Source: a virus
Reading direction: 5' to 3' (one strand)
Virus record (IMG/VR): IMGVR_UViG_3300042514_001262
Span: 37,888-101,887 of that record
Length of the DNA stretch: 64,000 bases
The position numbers and the translations under genes are program-made. The notes beneath the pieces were generated by a model, which was given only the letters and a program-made list of their open reading frames with translations, was not told the DNA's origin and searched no databases. Every line of letters starts with the position of its first letter. The stretch's first letter is position 1. Below are positions 11,152 through 22,145 of the stretch, piece by piece.

Positions 11152-12832
11152 CTATCAAAGGTTTAACAGGGTATGGTACTCCAAGTAAGTCGGAGTTGTA
11201 GTTTATTCCTTCAGGAATCAATCTGAATTGAGTTTCCTTGAATGGATAATGAGCAAAGTTTAAAAACGGATAATTAACACCTCTATCTAAATTATCTCTG
11301 AACCCATATGTATATAAATCCCTCCATCTGAATTGTTGGTCAGAATTTGAGAAATAGGCATACGTTGGAACACCTTCAACAAACTGAATGTCTCCCGTTT
11401 CAACATAATCAGAAAAAACTCTAATCGTCATTGGGATATGTGGTTCATAATAAAATCCTGGAGCATTTGTTGTTGTGGTTTGTGTTGTTTGAAACACATT
11501 CTCATTATATTTCAATTTGTGATAATAAGGTGAAACAACTCTCTCCAATTGCTCATAGTCATTCCACTCACAAAAATCACCATCAATTGTGTCACCTGAC
11601 ATTAAATCTTGGTTATAATAAAAAGTTTTTGTAACTCCGCTTGATAAAGTATAATTTGAAGTTTGGATATTTGTATTTGAATTTAAGTTTGTTAAGTCCC
11701 ACCAAGTGTTTGATGTTTTTGTCAGATTAAATTCCCAACCTTGTTTCAAACCAATACCGTTGTTAGGATAATTGAAATATCCCGTATATCCTTTATTGAT
11801 TATTGTTAAGTATAACTCACTTATTGGTCGTTTTTGATTATCAATCAATCCTTCAAGATTTATGTCATAGTTTACAGTTACGTTATAAGAATTACTACTT
11901 GTTTTTTGAGAAACTCTTGAAACATTATTAGGTGTTATGGAACTAAACTCATATTTTTTTTCCTCAACAAACACATTTTTTTCAAAACCATTTTTGGTCA
12001 TGACACAATCATTCACATTTGTTAAAATTTTATGTTCTCTGACATAGTATTTTGACCTTGTTTCTAAAATAGTATCAGGATTGATTACCCTTTTAAATGT
12101 TCCTGTTGTTTTGTTTGCAAATGTTGTACCAGTATACCCAATATTATAAATATTAAACACGTAAACATCACTTCCAAATTGTCCATTACCTAATGAATAT
12201 ACTTGAAATAAATTTGTATTGTTATATGTTAATGATAATTCAACATACTCACCAACAGATAATCCATGTGGGCAAACACATTGGAATGCAATAACATTAC
12301 TTCCGTTTTGTAATGCGTTGTTCACATAAAAAGGGATTCCATTAGATGCTTTCCAATTTAAACTTGTACCATCCAAAGCATAAAATAATTGCCTATCATA
12401 ATTGTTCTGATAAGCATAACTTATATAGTAAGTCCAATTGTATGTATACGCACTTTTAGCATGATAAACAATATGTTGGTCAGCAATATTAGGTCTATAA
12501 AAATCAAATTCATAATACTGTGGAAATCCTTTCCAAATTCCACTTTGTTTTGAGGATATAGGGTCAACATAATAAAGCAAATTTCTAAACGGAACGTATT
12601 CTGTTGTTCCTGTATAAGTGTTTGAATATAAGTAATTTACCTTAAATGTTGGTCGGAAAATTGTACATTTCTGTCTTTCGTCATCATATAATTGAGCTAA
12701 ACTAATACTTTGACTTCTACTATATTCAGTAATCTGTTGACTTTGTTCTTCTAAAGACAAAGAAATCTCTTGGTCAACAAAAGGAGCTGACTTGTATTTT
12801 TGACTGCTAGGTATGATTGTGTACTTATTCAC
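11138..12832 (-). CDS. Hypothetical baseplate-region protein
   Basis: 564 aa, overlaps both neighbours, aromatic- and Asn-rich. Confidence 0.55.
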   Translation of the reverse strand: MNKYTIIPSSQKYKSAPFVDQEISLSLEEQSQQITEYSRSQSISLAQLYDDERQKCTIFRPTFKVNYLYSNTYTGTTEYVPFRNLLYYVDPISSKQSGIWKGFPQYYEFDFYRPNIADQHIVYHAKSAYTYNWTYYISYAYQNNYDRQLFYALDGTSLNWKASNGIPFYVNNALQNGSNVIAFQCVCPHGLSVGEYVELSLTYNNTNLFQVYSLGNGQFGSDVYVFNIYNIGYTGTTFANKTTGTFKRVINPDTILETRSKYYVREHKILTNVNDCVMTKNGFEKNVFVEEKKYEFSSITPNNVSRVSQKTSSNSYNVTVNYDINLEGLIDNQKRPISELYLTIINKGYTGYFNYPNNGIGLKQGWEFNLTKTSNTWWDLTNLNSNTNIQTSNYTLSSGVTKTFYYNQDLMSGDTIDGDFCEWNDYEQLERVVSPYYHKLKYNENVFQTTQTTTTNAPGFYYEPHIPMTIRVFSDYVETGDIQFVEGVPTYAYFSNSDQQFRWRDLYTYGFRDNLDRGVNYPFLNFAHYPFKETQFRLIPEGINYNSDLLGVPYPVKPLIDGCE

Positions 12833-15800
12833 TTACCGAGTATTTTGTTTTGAATTTATCTAAAGCAGTTTCACCCTTAACAGTTCCAAAATAGAAATGG
12901 AATGGTGCTCCAACTATAAATTTATTGCCCGTTGCATTAAAAGCATTACTTCCAGTATATTGACCACTTGCATCAACACTGAAAATATATCCTCTCGCAT
13001 ACAAATCATTAATACTTGATGTTGTAGGTCTGAAATAATTTGGATTACCCAAAAATGTTCTATCTAAAGATTGATACCTAACATTTTGAACAATATCAGA
13101 ACTATTTGTCGCCCAGTTATTCAACTGACTACCAAAAATTAAATTATTAGTATTATTTCTTAACTCCCATTGATAATGTGGTACCACTTGTGACTTAATA
13201 CCGTATGGATATGGATAATTTGCACTATTATCTGGTGTTCTAAAATTTATTCTACCTGGAGTTAGATAATCTTTCATTTGAATATCTTGAGTAGTTGAAG
13301 AAAACCAAACCGCCATTACAGGATTACCCGCACTTCCAAGAACATTAGTAGGAGAATTTGTCGGTGTTGTTGCATAAAATTCGGGAGAAAAGTTAATATT
13401 ACCAACTTCACTATTTATTGAACACAATTGAACAAAATCACCGTCAACTCTAGCTTTAGGTGCGAAAAACCCTAAAACACCTGAACTACCATTAGGTCTT
13501 GAAAATAGAGCCCCAATCGAATCATTTGCAAAACTTACTATTTGTGTTATAAAACCAGCGTCTACCATTCTTGAAATAACAAAAAGATTTACTAAATCAG
13601 AAGTGTCTCCATAACTTGTCGGGTTTAATTCAGGAAGAATATATGCCTTAGTAGAAGGGTCAAAAACTATTTCAGAATATACAATGTCTTTAAAACCTAA
13701 ATTTATTAGTGTTGTTGGGAACATAAGATTAAGCACATTAACCGCACCACTATCGGTCGCCAATCTTCCAACAAATTGTTTTGTATTGATATTATAAGGA
13801 CTACTTCTAAAATAAAAATTTGTAGTATTCTTATCAAAATAAACAAGGTTTTTAGGAATTACAGGGTCGTTAGGTTTGTTTTGTGTATTATAAAAAGTAT
13901 CCACTTGAATTGGGAACATATATAATGAACCGTTAACCCAATTGTTTGTAAATGTTTGTGAAAGAACACCTCTACAAAGTCCGTACATAAATCTAAATCT
14001 ATATCCCCATTCTCCCCAAATTTTCCAATCATCTATGAATCCCAATAAATTCAATGGGTTGTGAAATAAAATATAACAACCATTCTTAACAAAGTTATAT
14101 CCCGTGCCTAAAGGGTCATCACATGGTGTTTTAACTTGGAAAGTGTTCCCAAAACCTTCATAACAATCCAATGGTGCCATACCTGGACAGCTGAAACTAG
14201 CTAATACTTCACCTTCATAAGGTTGTCCGTCTAAATCAGGCCCTACTTGAGACGCACCCGCACCGTAACCCGCATTTTGTTCACCATTCGCACGTACAAT
14301 AAAATACATCGCAAAATTCAAATTTTGTTGTAAAATGCTTGGATTTATATTCCAATCAATACCATCTAAATTGTCTGAAGTTGGTAACCTATCAGTCCTC
14401 ATAACATTATTAACGGGGTTACTTATACTCATCGTAAATGATGGGGTAAAAGCCTTTGTATAATAATACCTCAGATTGATTGGGTTAGTTGGCCATAATC
14501 CCGATATTGGAGTTGCATTATATGGTTGTATGGACATGAAACTTATACCGGACACGTCTTCAGCGTTGTCGTATTTTGAACTATTTGTTGTTATACTATA
14601 AAACCCGTTGAAAGTATTTGATATTAGTTTATTACCACTAGTCATCAACGATGATGAAGGAACAATTACAGGTAAATTATTAACATCTATTGAACCATAA
14701 TATCCAATATTATTTGTAGTGTATGATGAAAATTGTAATCCAATTGTACTACTACCAACAATACCAGGTCTGAAAAAATATGATGAATAAAAAATGTCAT
14801 TTTGATTAGAGAACGGTTGAACACTAATGCTCGTTGTGTTAAGTGCCTGTATTGGAACATTCAATCTAGTGTTGGCACGTACTATAATATCATCCTCATT
14901 TGGATATCCCAATAATTTACCTATTCCATATTTGTTCTCAAACGTTGGTGAGTATGGGTCAACACCTCTTTGTAATATTAAAATAACTTGATTAGAATAA
15001 TTTTGTAATTTTTCTAAAGCATTAAACGAATATAACGAAAGTGAACTAGTCCATTGAGTTCCTCCAGATGGGATTTGTGTTTCCATCCAATAATCAATAT
15101 TACTTGGCTCGTTTAATATGTTTGGAAAACTTTGGGTTGAGCCTGTGTTCCAAATCAATGCCGCCTCAGAAATAGTTATAGCGGTTACAACTTGGTAATA
15201 TTCAAGGTCTGCCGCATATATATTTTGAGTGATTGTTGACCCTGAAGGTAGATTGTAACTTATTGGTGTGGAATTAGTTGTTTGAGTTGACGCGTATGTC
15301 ACATTAACTATTGAAGGACCAGTATTATATGAAGTACCACTGATACCATACGTAATACCTGTACTTGTTGAGCCAGTGTATAAATAGTTTTTATCTTTAC
15401 TGTTTATAGGCGAAACAAAAGTTATTAAATCACCAGCGTTATAACTTGTAATGCCAGTATTGGCTAAAACGGTTATTGTATTATCAAAGTGAGATTTACC
15501 AATATTTGAATTTTCAGCAAAAGTAACTTTAATTTTATTTACACCTGAAAAGAAACTATTTCTTTGGTTGAAAATGTTTATACGCTCACCTAATGGTAAA
15601 CTTTTTGAGGACATCGCAACATTTCTTGAATTAGTAAAACTATAAGATGGTGTGTCGGTTACAGGTATTTTATAATAACTTTGCGATTTATCTCCCGCAA
15701 ATCCAGCAGTTGCAATGGATGTCATAGTTGAAAACGTATCAATATCTTGACTATTCAAAGTACCGAGGTTTTTATAAAAAATTTGATAACTATTAAAAAA

Positions 15801-17672
15801 ATATGGTGGATACGAAACATAACTCAAAAATCCAGTAGCTGTTGGCTCATTTGGATTTTTTGGTAAATCTTGTGTTTGGTTATTAGCATCAACAGTACAT
15901 TCACAAGTTTCACAATCAGGATAAGTTAACATTGTTAACGCCATTGAAGTGTTCCACGAATCACAATTGATATTTAAACCGCTACAAATCCAACCAAAAG
16001 GATATAGTGTTGTGAACCCCAATGGTATTCCTATTCCACATAATAGACAGAAAAATCTTATCACTAAACTATATAGGAATAAAACAACACGTGCAATAAA
16101 AATTAGAGGTAATCCAATTAATTGAATTATTTGAAATATGAATGAAAATAAAAAATACAACAAGTCAAAATTTCTAAATCCTTCGTTCACGGGAAATTTA
16201 TTTACTGTTGATTCACAAGAATTATCATCAATTTCTTTGATACCGATAAACCTACCTCTACCACCTCTTTTATATTCATCTACTAATTGAGATACCGTAT
16301 ACACTTTATTAAAATTAAATTCATAAAAAGTATCATCACAATCAATAACTTCATTTAACCTATCATAATAGTCAGTACCTGTAAATCCATCTGTATACCC
16401 GCTCCACGATAATCCAAAATAATATGAGCTGGCCAATTTTTGTTTGTTACTTGTACTTAATCCATTCAAAGGGTCCGATGAAGAGTTTACCCATCCATAC
16501 TCTTTAACATTTGGAACTAAAAAATAAGGTCTTCTAGTTTGTTCAGTTAGCGTTGGTGATTGTTGCCATTTTATTTTAAATCTATATTTGGCTTTAGTTG
16601 GAATACCGACTGTAGGGTCGTTTGATAAAACTTTTTCTCCAAACTCATTTGTGATAAAGTAATCCAAATTCATTGGTAATTCGGTTAACCAAACTCCACT
16701 ACCATCAATAATATTACCAGATTGTTCTAATTGATATTGCTCAAGAACAGGATTACCATCACTGTCTTGGTAAATTGTTTGTCTGATTGCCAATATTTGA
16801 CCAGGTCCCGCAACCAACGAACACAAGTTACCCATATTGTCTTTGGGTTTGTTATTACGCCTAACCCTCATGTTGTCAGGACTACTAAATATAGAACCCA
16901 TGAATGTTGCTGTTGGTTGGATATCAATATTTGCCTCATCTCTTAAATCAAAATCCAATCTATTGATTGCAATATCACATAACTCAGGGTCACCCCACAA
17001 AGGTGAAACCTCAACTGATTTAACAATATTGATAATTTGTGGTAATGAATTTAAATCGGTTGATGTTCTAAATCTATTACCCGCAACCTGAGCCTCTGTT
17101 GCAAGTCCCATTCTAATTAAATCTTGTGGTGTTAATGAAAACTCACCAATATCTGATAAGTCAACATCCATAACTAAAGTGTGGTTACCTTGTGGTACAC
17201 CCATAATCATGTAATCACCACTTTCATTTGTTTTTGAAGAGAACTTGTAGTACTTGTCGTATATTTCAATCGCAGTATTACCCGTTAAAGCATCTAATCT
17301 TGTGGGTAACGTACCCGTTGAGGCGTGTGTTGAATATGATTTTTCATACGGTAAAAGATTGTATCTATATCCATCTTCATTTCTATCATTAGGAGATTTG
17401 TACGGATAGATACTTGAAATTAAAGGATTTGATTGGTCAACTGATTCAATAGGAATAAAGATTGCAACTCTAGCATTTGGAATCCCAAATCCATTATTTG
17501 CGGTAACTCTACCTACAACAACTCCATATTCCGCACAACTTTTTACGTATACATCTTCCTGTTGTAGTGTTAATGATAATACTTCTAAAAACTCAAACTG
17601 TTGGTCCAGTTGAACATTTATTGTTTTATTAACCCCTAACTCAGTCCTTATTCTATATGATTGACCCATCAA
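12825..17672 (-). CDS. Large virion-associated protein with internal hydrophobic hairpin
   Basis: 1615 aa; N-terminal GRVT...IPNARV (prealbumin/carboxypeptidase-regulatory-like fold) and a ~65-aa hydrophobic Cys-flanked segment; lies directly downstream of the baseplate J gene. Confidence 0.55.
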   Translation of the reverse strand: MMGQSYRIRTELGVNKTINVQLDQQFEFLEVLSLTLQQEDVYVKSCAEYGVVVGRVTANNGFGIPNARVAIFIPIESVDQSNPLISSIYPYKSPNDRNEDGYRYNLLPYEKSYSTHASTGTLPTRLDALTGNTAIEIYDKYYKFSSKTNESGDYMIMGVPQGNHTLVMDVDLSDIGEFSLTPQDLIRMGLATEAQVAGNRFRTSTDLNSLPQIINIVKSVEVSPLWGDPELCDIAINRLDFDLRDEANIDIQPTATFMGSIFSSPDNMRVRRNNKPKDNMGNLCSLVAGPGQILAIRQTIYQDSDGNPVLEQYQLEQSGNIIDGSGVWLTELPMNLDYFITNEFGEKVLSNDPTVGIPTKAKYRFKIKWQQSPTLTEQTRRPYFLVPNVKEYGWVNSSSDPLNGLSTSNKQKLASSYYFGLSWSGYTDGFTGTDYYDRLNEVIDCDDTFYEFNFNKVYTVSQLVDEYKRGGRGRFIGIKEIDDNSCESTVNKFPVNEGFRNFDLLYFLFSFIFQIIQLIGLPLIFIARVVLFLYSLVIRFFCLLCGIGIPLGFTTLYPFGWICSGLNINCDSWNTSMALTMLTYPDCETCECTVDANNQTQDLPKNPNEPTATGFLSYVSYPPYFFNSYQIFYKNLGTLNSQDIDTFSTMTSIATAGFAGDKSQSYYKIPVTDTPSYSFTNSRNVAMSSKSLPLGERINIFNQRNSFFSGVNKIKVTFAENSNIGKSHFDNTITVLANTGITSYNAGDLITFVSPINSKDKNYLYTGSTSTGITYGISGTSYNTGPSIVNVTYASTQTTNSTPISYNLPSGSTITQNIYAADLEYYQVVTAITISEAALIWNTGSTQSFPNILNEPSNIDYWMETQIPSGGTQWTSSLSLYSFNALEKLQNYSNQVILILQRGVDPYSPTFENKYGIGKLLGYPNEDDIIVRANTRLNVPIQALNTTSISVQPFSNQNDIFYSSYFFRPGIVGSSTIGLQFSSYTTNNIGYYGSIDVNNLPVIVPSSSLMTSGNKLISNTFNGFYSITTNSSKYDNAEDVSGISFMSIQPYNATPISGLWPTNPINLRYYYTKAFTPSFTMSISNPVNNVMRTDRLPTSDNLDGIDWNINPSILQQNLNFAMYFIVRANGEQNAGYGAGASQVGPDLDGQPYEGEVLASFSCPGMAPLDCYEGFGNTFQVKTPCDDPLGTGYNFVKNGCYILFHNPLNLLGFIDDWKIWGEWGYRFRFMYGLCRGVLSQTFTNNWVNGSLYMFPIQVDTFYNTQNKPNDPVIPKNLVYFDKNTTNFYFRSSPYNINTKQFVGRLATDSGAVNVLNLMFPTTLINLGFKDIVYSEIVFDPSTKAYILPELNPTSYGDTSDLVNLFVISRMVDAGFITQIVSFANDSIGALFSRPNGSSGVLGFFAPKARVDGDFVQLCSINSEVGNINFSPEFYATTPTNSPTNVLGSAGNPVMAVWFSSTTQDIQMKDYLTPGRINFRTPDNSANYPYPYGIKSQVVPHYQWELRNNTNNLIFGSQLNNWATNSSDIVQNVRYQSLDRTFLGNPNYFRPTTSSINDLYARGYIFSVDASGQYTGSNAFNATGNKFIVGAPFHFYFGTVKGETALDKFKTKYSVSE

Positions 17673-17761
17673 GTTACTTTAATTTATAAATAGTTTATGT
17701 GGAATTTTTAAAATAGACCGCGTGATTAAATTATAAATTAAAATAAAAGAAAATAAACTTG

Positions 17762-19600
17762 TTATGAAAAAGTAACTGATTGGAAGTTCTTAACAGAGAT
17801 TCTAATGTCTTTGTTTGGGTATCTAACTTGATACACTTGAGATGGTTGTGCAAATATCGTATCATCAACAGGTCCAATCAATTTTGTTTCAGGGTTTGAG
17901 TATTCCATTGATGTTTCAGCCGATGAGTACTGTCCGCCAACCTCGTTAAATACATCTATATTCGTAACCGTCAAAACACCATTTGTATTTTGAATTAAAC
18001 TTCTAATCTCAGAAAGATATACGTTTTGTCCAAGTTGTCTGATTTGAGGATTGAAGTATGTAGATACTTTATCCACCACACTTGAAATAACTTGACCTGA
18101 GTTTTGAGCAGAATCCAAAACGATTGAGATATCCAAACTTAAATCAATAACCTCAGCAGTGAATATTGAAATGTAATCATTCATCATCCTGTAGTTTGAT
18201 AAATAATTTGCAATATTTTGTTTCAATGTATTTGATACAATGTTTGTTAACTTACCTGAAGTATCATAAGACAAAATTTGAATTAAGATTTTGTTATCGT
18301 TTTCTGTAATTGATACTTTTGCAGGTGCTCCGAATTGAGCTGGCATGTTTCTAATTAACGATTCATAATCTTGAACAGTCACCGCTCTTTTTTGAGCAGC
18401 AAAGTTAAATGAAACATAATTTCTAATTTCCTCCAATGATGGTATTCCCGCACCACCAACAGCTGCAGTTACGTTAACACATCTCAAAGAGTTCACAACC
18501 GATGAGTTTGTTGTTTCTGAAGGACCATTAACAAAGAAAGAAACCGTACCAATTTGATTAATAACGTTTGTTCCCAAGTTTGTCGCTAATCCACCACCGA
18601 CTCTATACTGAATAAACAGTGTTGAGTTAGGTGTTAAAGTTGCCCCTAAAGATAAGTTGTTTGAATATTTTTGTAATTCTAATGTTGTACCTAAAGTTGT
18701 AAATTGATTCAATTGGTCTTGAGCGGTATTTGTTCCACCACCAAATGTCATCTTTTTAAATCCTTCAGGTGTATATTCAGTGATAAATCTATCTTGTGTT
18801 TGAATGTATTTACCAACTTTGATACCTGGTTGGTCAGAAACTTTTGTAGGGTCTTCAACAAACACCCTATCTTCCGCCAACGCATCTACTTCATACCATC
18901 TGTTTTCTAAACCTAAAAATTCGGCAGTTGTTGGTGTGTTTGTATAGCTGGTACCATTTTTTAACAATACACTTGTGATACCTAAAACATTTTTTTCAGG
19001 TAAGAATAATTCAAAGAACGGCTTTACATCATTTGCATTTATAACTCTTTTGAATACTTTGGTAATACCATTTACAACCACTTCTCTTTTTGTAATTGTA
19101 TAATTAACCAAAACATTGTTGGCATTAAAATTAGGTATTTTTAATCTATTCGGGAAACCTTGAGCATTGTATGGAGACGCAAAATCAATATCATAAACAT
19201 TTTCAAAAACAATACCAGCACCTACCACTTGAGAACCTCTTGTCAATGTTCCAAGATATCTTTCATCTTCTTTATCACCATAAGCAGGAACCGTAACTGA
19301 GAAATCAACCAAAGCAACTGAAGGTCTTTGACCCGGTAATTTCAAACCATAAGTTCTTGCGATGTTATAAATTGAAGACCTTTGTTGTGCATATTGTAAT
19401 ACGGTTTCCTGAATACTTCTATCAATATTATAATGTAAGTTATCAGCAACCGCAGCATTTAAATCAAGGAATACAGAGAATACCGAAGCGTCATTAAAAT
19501 CTTGAATTAAATCAGGATAATATGTTTTTGCGTAGTTTAAGAGCTCAGTTCTTATTGACTGATAATCCCTACTTGTATATGATATTCTATTATTTGCCAT
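17762..19600 (-). CDS. Baseplate wedge subunit (T4 gp6 / baseplate J-like)
   Basis: YTSRDYQSIR..., YRVGGG...N, GG...SLEEIR, QKRAVTVQDY motifs; adjacent to a gp25-like gene. Confidence 0.9.
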   Translation of the reverse strand: MANNRISYTSRDYQSIRTELLNYAKTYYPDLIQDFNDASVFSVFLDLNAAVADNLHYNIDRSIQETVLQYAQQRSSIYNIARTYGLKLPGQRPSVALVDFSVTVPAYGDKEDERYLGTLTRGSQVVGAGIVFENVYDIDFASPYNAQGFPNRLKIPNFNANNVLVNYTITKREVVVNGITKVFKRVINANDVKPFFELFLPEKNVLGITSVLLKNGTSYTNTPTTAEFLGLENRWYEVDALAEDRVFVEDPTKVSDQPGIKVGKYIQTQDRFITEYTPEGFKKMTFGGGTNTAQDQLNQFTTLGTTLELQKYSNNLSLGATLTPNSTLFIQYRVGGGLATNLGTNVINQIGTVSFFVNGPSETTNSSVVNSLRCVNVTAAVGGAGIPSLEEIRNYVSFNFAAQKRAVTVQDYESLIRNMPAQFGAPAKVSITENDNKILIQILSYDTSGKLTNIVSNTLKQNIANYLSNYRMMNDYISIFTAEVIDLSLDISIVLDSAQNSGQVISSVVDKVSTYFNPQIRQLGQNVYLSEIRSLIQNTNGVLTVTNIDVFNEVGGQYSSAETSMEYSNPETKLIGPVDDTIFAQPSQVYQVRYPNKDIRISVKNFQSVTFS

Positions 19601-19605
19601 CTTAT

Positions 19606-20076
19606 TTAAATATTGATAATTACAAAATCACTTTGCCCAAATGTAGAACCATTGGTTGAGTAATCTATTCTTATTTTTGCAGTATATTCTGAAGTTCCTT
19701 TACCAGGGAATCTGTAAATTGATGATTCACTACTTCCAACTAAATTTTGACCTGTCGCAATATCAACTTCTTCTTGTGGGTCTGCCGGTGTAATACTTAA
19801 ACTATTTACTAATAAATTCGGCATAAAGTTTTCAATCGCATCCCTAATATCCGATTCAATCGCATTGAATGTTAGTCCATCAAACGGTTCAAAAAGAAAT
19901 TCATACAATCTTGTACCAAATTGCGGTAAAAAATATCTTGAACCTTTTCTAGTTAATAACAAATGAATGAGGTCAGCTTTAATTTCTTGTGATTGAAATT
20001 CAGTTAATTCCAAATAATCACCCCTTCTGGAATCCCTAAAGGGGAAATTTAAACCGTATGTTACTCCATTAGCCAT
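19606..20076 (-). CDS. Baseplate wedge / sheath initiator (T4 gp25 / GPW family)
   Basis: LLLTRKGSRYFLPQFGTRLYEFLFEP gp25 signature. Confidence 0.92.
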   Translation of the reverse strand: MANGVTYGLNFPFRDSRRGDYLELTEFQSQEIKADLIHLLLTRKGSRYFLPQFGTRLYEFLFEPFDGLTFNAIESDIRDAIENFMPNLLVNSLSITPADPQEEVDIATGQNLVGSSESSIYRFPGKGTSEYTAKIRIDYSTNGSTFGQSDFVIINI

Positions 20077-20281
20077 TGTTTATAAATATAGTAGTATTTC
20101 CTTTTTGTGCCTTGGGCTCAAATGCACAATGTCTACAATTATTCCCACAACAATAACCCCTCTTTAAATGAAAATGTTCGGTAAACACATATTTCCCATC
20201 TTCAATATAAAAGTCAAAAGGGGGAATATCTTCCCCCTTGTTTGACTCATCAATATTTGTATGTGTTTTATTTAATTTCAC
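20069..20281 (-). CDS. Small Cys-rich protein (DUF5522-like)
   Basis: VFTEHFHLKRGYCCGNNCRHC motif. Confidence 0.7.
   Translation of the reverse strand: MKLNKTHTNIDESNKGEDIPPFDFYIEDGKYVFTEHFHLKRGYCCGNNCRHCAFEPKAQKGNTTIFINNG
20218..20239 (-). terminator. Hairpin downstream of nrdJ, inside the small Cys-rich ORF
   Basis: Minus strand AAGGGGGAA-GATA-TTCCCCCTT followed by TT; 9-bp perfect stem. Confidence 0.55.
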
Positions 20282-22127
20282 AACCTAAAGCCCCACATGC
20301 AATTTCACCACTCAAATCAGTTTCATCACTTAGTTCAATAACTTTACTTAAATCAATTGAGTGAAGTTTCGAGAACAATCTTTCAAATTCTTCTTTGGTA
20401 CAGTCGGTAAAAGGTGCTTGGATATACGAACCCCCATCGTAGGGTAATACAGATAGACCGTTATAGAAATCTCTGTTTTCCCACATCCACTCACCAGCTA
20501 ATTCCCAATCTTCAGGTTTTAAACTGATTGTTGCAGATACGTTGTGACTGTTTGAACCAGTTCTGTGTCCAGGTCTAACCCATTCTTGTGTGATTTTCTT
20601 AACACGCTCCAGTAATTGGAAAGGGCTTTCACTTCTTAAAATTGCCCCTTCAGGTGCTTTTTGTGGGACTGAAATTACCGCTGTGTCGTGTGGACGGAAA
20701 AACTCATCTTCAACCAATTCAGGGTGATTTGTCGCCAAGTAACTATAAATCGCCTCATTTTTACCTACACGGATTCTACGGATGTAGTAATCATTGTGCC
20801 AAGCATGAATACCTGATGAAGTACCTAAAGTTAACGAAGTTGTCCCCGCAGGTTTAACAGTTGTCATACGAGCTGATTTATTAATACCAATCAATTCAGC
20901 AACTCTTGTATTTTCTTCTTTAACCGCCTTTGCAGCTTCTTTCATGTTATAACCTAAAACAACACCCGAACCAATACCCGTCATAGATACACCAATCAAA
21001 GCATCTTTTTCTGTTGTTCTTTTCCAAATGTCTCTTAAGTAATGGAAATCAGTGTAACCCGCCTGTAATGTTCCGATGAACGCAGCCGCTTTAACACGAG
21101 CATTTAAATCTTCTTGTGATTCAATGTCAGATACATTAACCTCACATAAATTACAGAATTGGTTTGGTCTCAACGCAATTTCACAACAAGGATTTGTTCC
21201 CCAATCTTTATCGTTTGTAAAGTAGATACCAGGCTCACCTGCACCTGAAGCCTCAACACGTTTCCATAAATCCAAGAAAAATTCTTTTGTAATTTTATGT
21301 CTAACAAGAGCCGCTGAGTTATTAGCTCTACCTCTTTGTGGATTTGTTTCCCACCATGAACCTGATTTACAAGCAATCATTTCGTGGTCATCTGCACTGA
21401 ATAAAGAAATAAGTGCAGCTCTGCGAATACCTCCCGCCAACACCGCGTCAGCAATATGACAAACCATATCATGAACTTCAATTGGAGTCAATTTTTCACC
21501 GTCTTCTTTCGCATCCAACATCCCTTTTAATTTGTGAAGACAATCTTTCAAAGGTTGAGGACCTGGTGCTTTACCACCCGAAGTTACAAGTTGAGCACCT
21601 TTTGGTCTAATATCAGAGAAATCAAACTCAGGAGTTGATAAGTTGTCACCAAAGTAAGATTTGAATAATACTTTAATTGCGTCAGCCCATCCTTCAATAG
21701 AATCACCAATTAAAAATCTTCTTGTTCTGTTTGGGTTTGGTTTTCTTATTTCAGGTAACTTTTCAACATGATGTTTTTGTACTGAGTAACCAACACCTGT
21801 TCCTCCTAACAATAAGAACATCGACTCAGCAAATGCATCCAAATGGTCAATAGGTAAGTAAGCACAGTTGTAGATTCTATTTGGAGAAATCTCAATTGGT
21901 TTACCACCAAATTGCATTGACCTCATTGAGGGTAATACTTTCTTATTGTATACCATTTGATATACATCTTTAATTTCATCTTTCAATGATGGGTATTTTT
22001 TAATATGCATGTTCATATTACGGGTTACCAATTCTTCCCATGTTTCACGTCTGTTTAATTCTGGTACGAACTTTGCGTACTTCATGTAAACTGTTAAGTC
22101 TGACAATATCTTTTGTGATGCGTCCAT
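20268..22127 (-). CDS. nrdJ: Class II (adenosylcobalamin-dependent) ribonucleotide reductase, monomeric RTPR type
   Basis: YNCAY, NPCCEI, CNL.E, TVKPAGT motifs; C-terminal CGALGC redox pair; no beta-subunit gene adjacent. Confidence 0.9.
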   Translation of the reverse strand: MDASQKILSDLTVYMKYAKFVPELNRRETWEELVTRNMNMHIKKYPSLKDEIKDVYQMVYNKKVLPSMRSMQFGGKPIEISPNRIYNCAYLPIDHLDAFAESMFLLLGGTGVGYSVQKHHVEKLPEIRKPNPNRTRRFLIGDSIEGWADAIKVLFKSYFGDNLSTPEFDFSDIRPKGAQLVTSGGKAPGPQPLKDCLHKLKGMLDAKEDGEKLTPIEVHDMVCHIADAVLAGGIRRAALISLFSADDHEMIACKSGSWWETNPQRGRANNSAALVRHKITKEFFLDLWKRVEASGAGEPGIYFTNDKDWGTNPCCEIALRPNQFCNLCEVNVSDIESQEDLNARVKAAAFIGTLQAGYTDFHYLRDIWKRTTEKDALIGVSMTGIGSGVVLGYNMKEAAKAVKEENTRVAELIGINKSARMTTVKPAGTTSLTLGTSSGIHAWHNDYYIRRIRVGKNEAIYSYLATNHPELVEDEFFRPHDTAVISVPQKAPEGAILRSESPFQLLERVKKITQEWVRPGHRTGSNSHNVSATISLKPEDWELAGEWMWENRDFYNGLSVLPYDGGSYIQAPFTDCTKEEFERLFSKLHSIDLSKVIELSDETDLSGEIACGALGCEIK

Positions 22128-22145
22128 AATTCTTCTTTGTTTATT

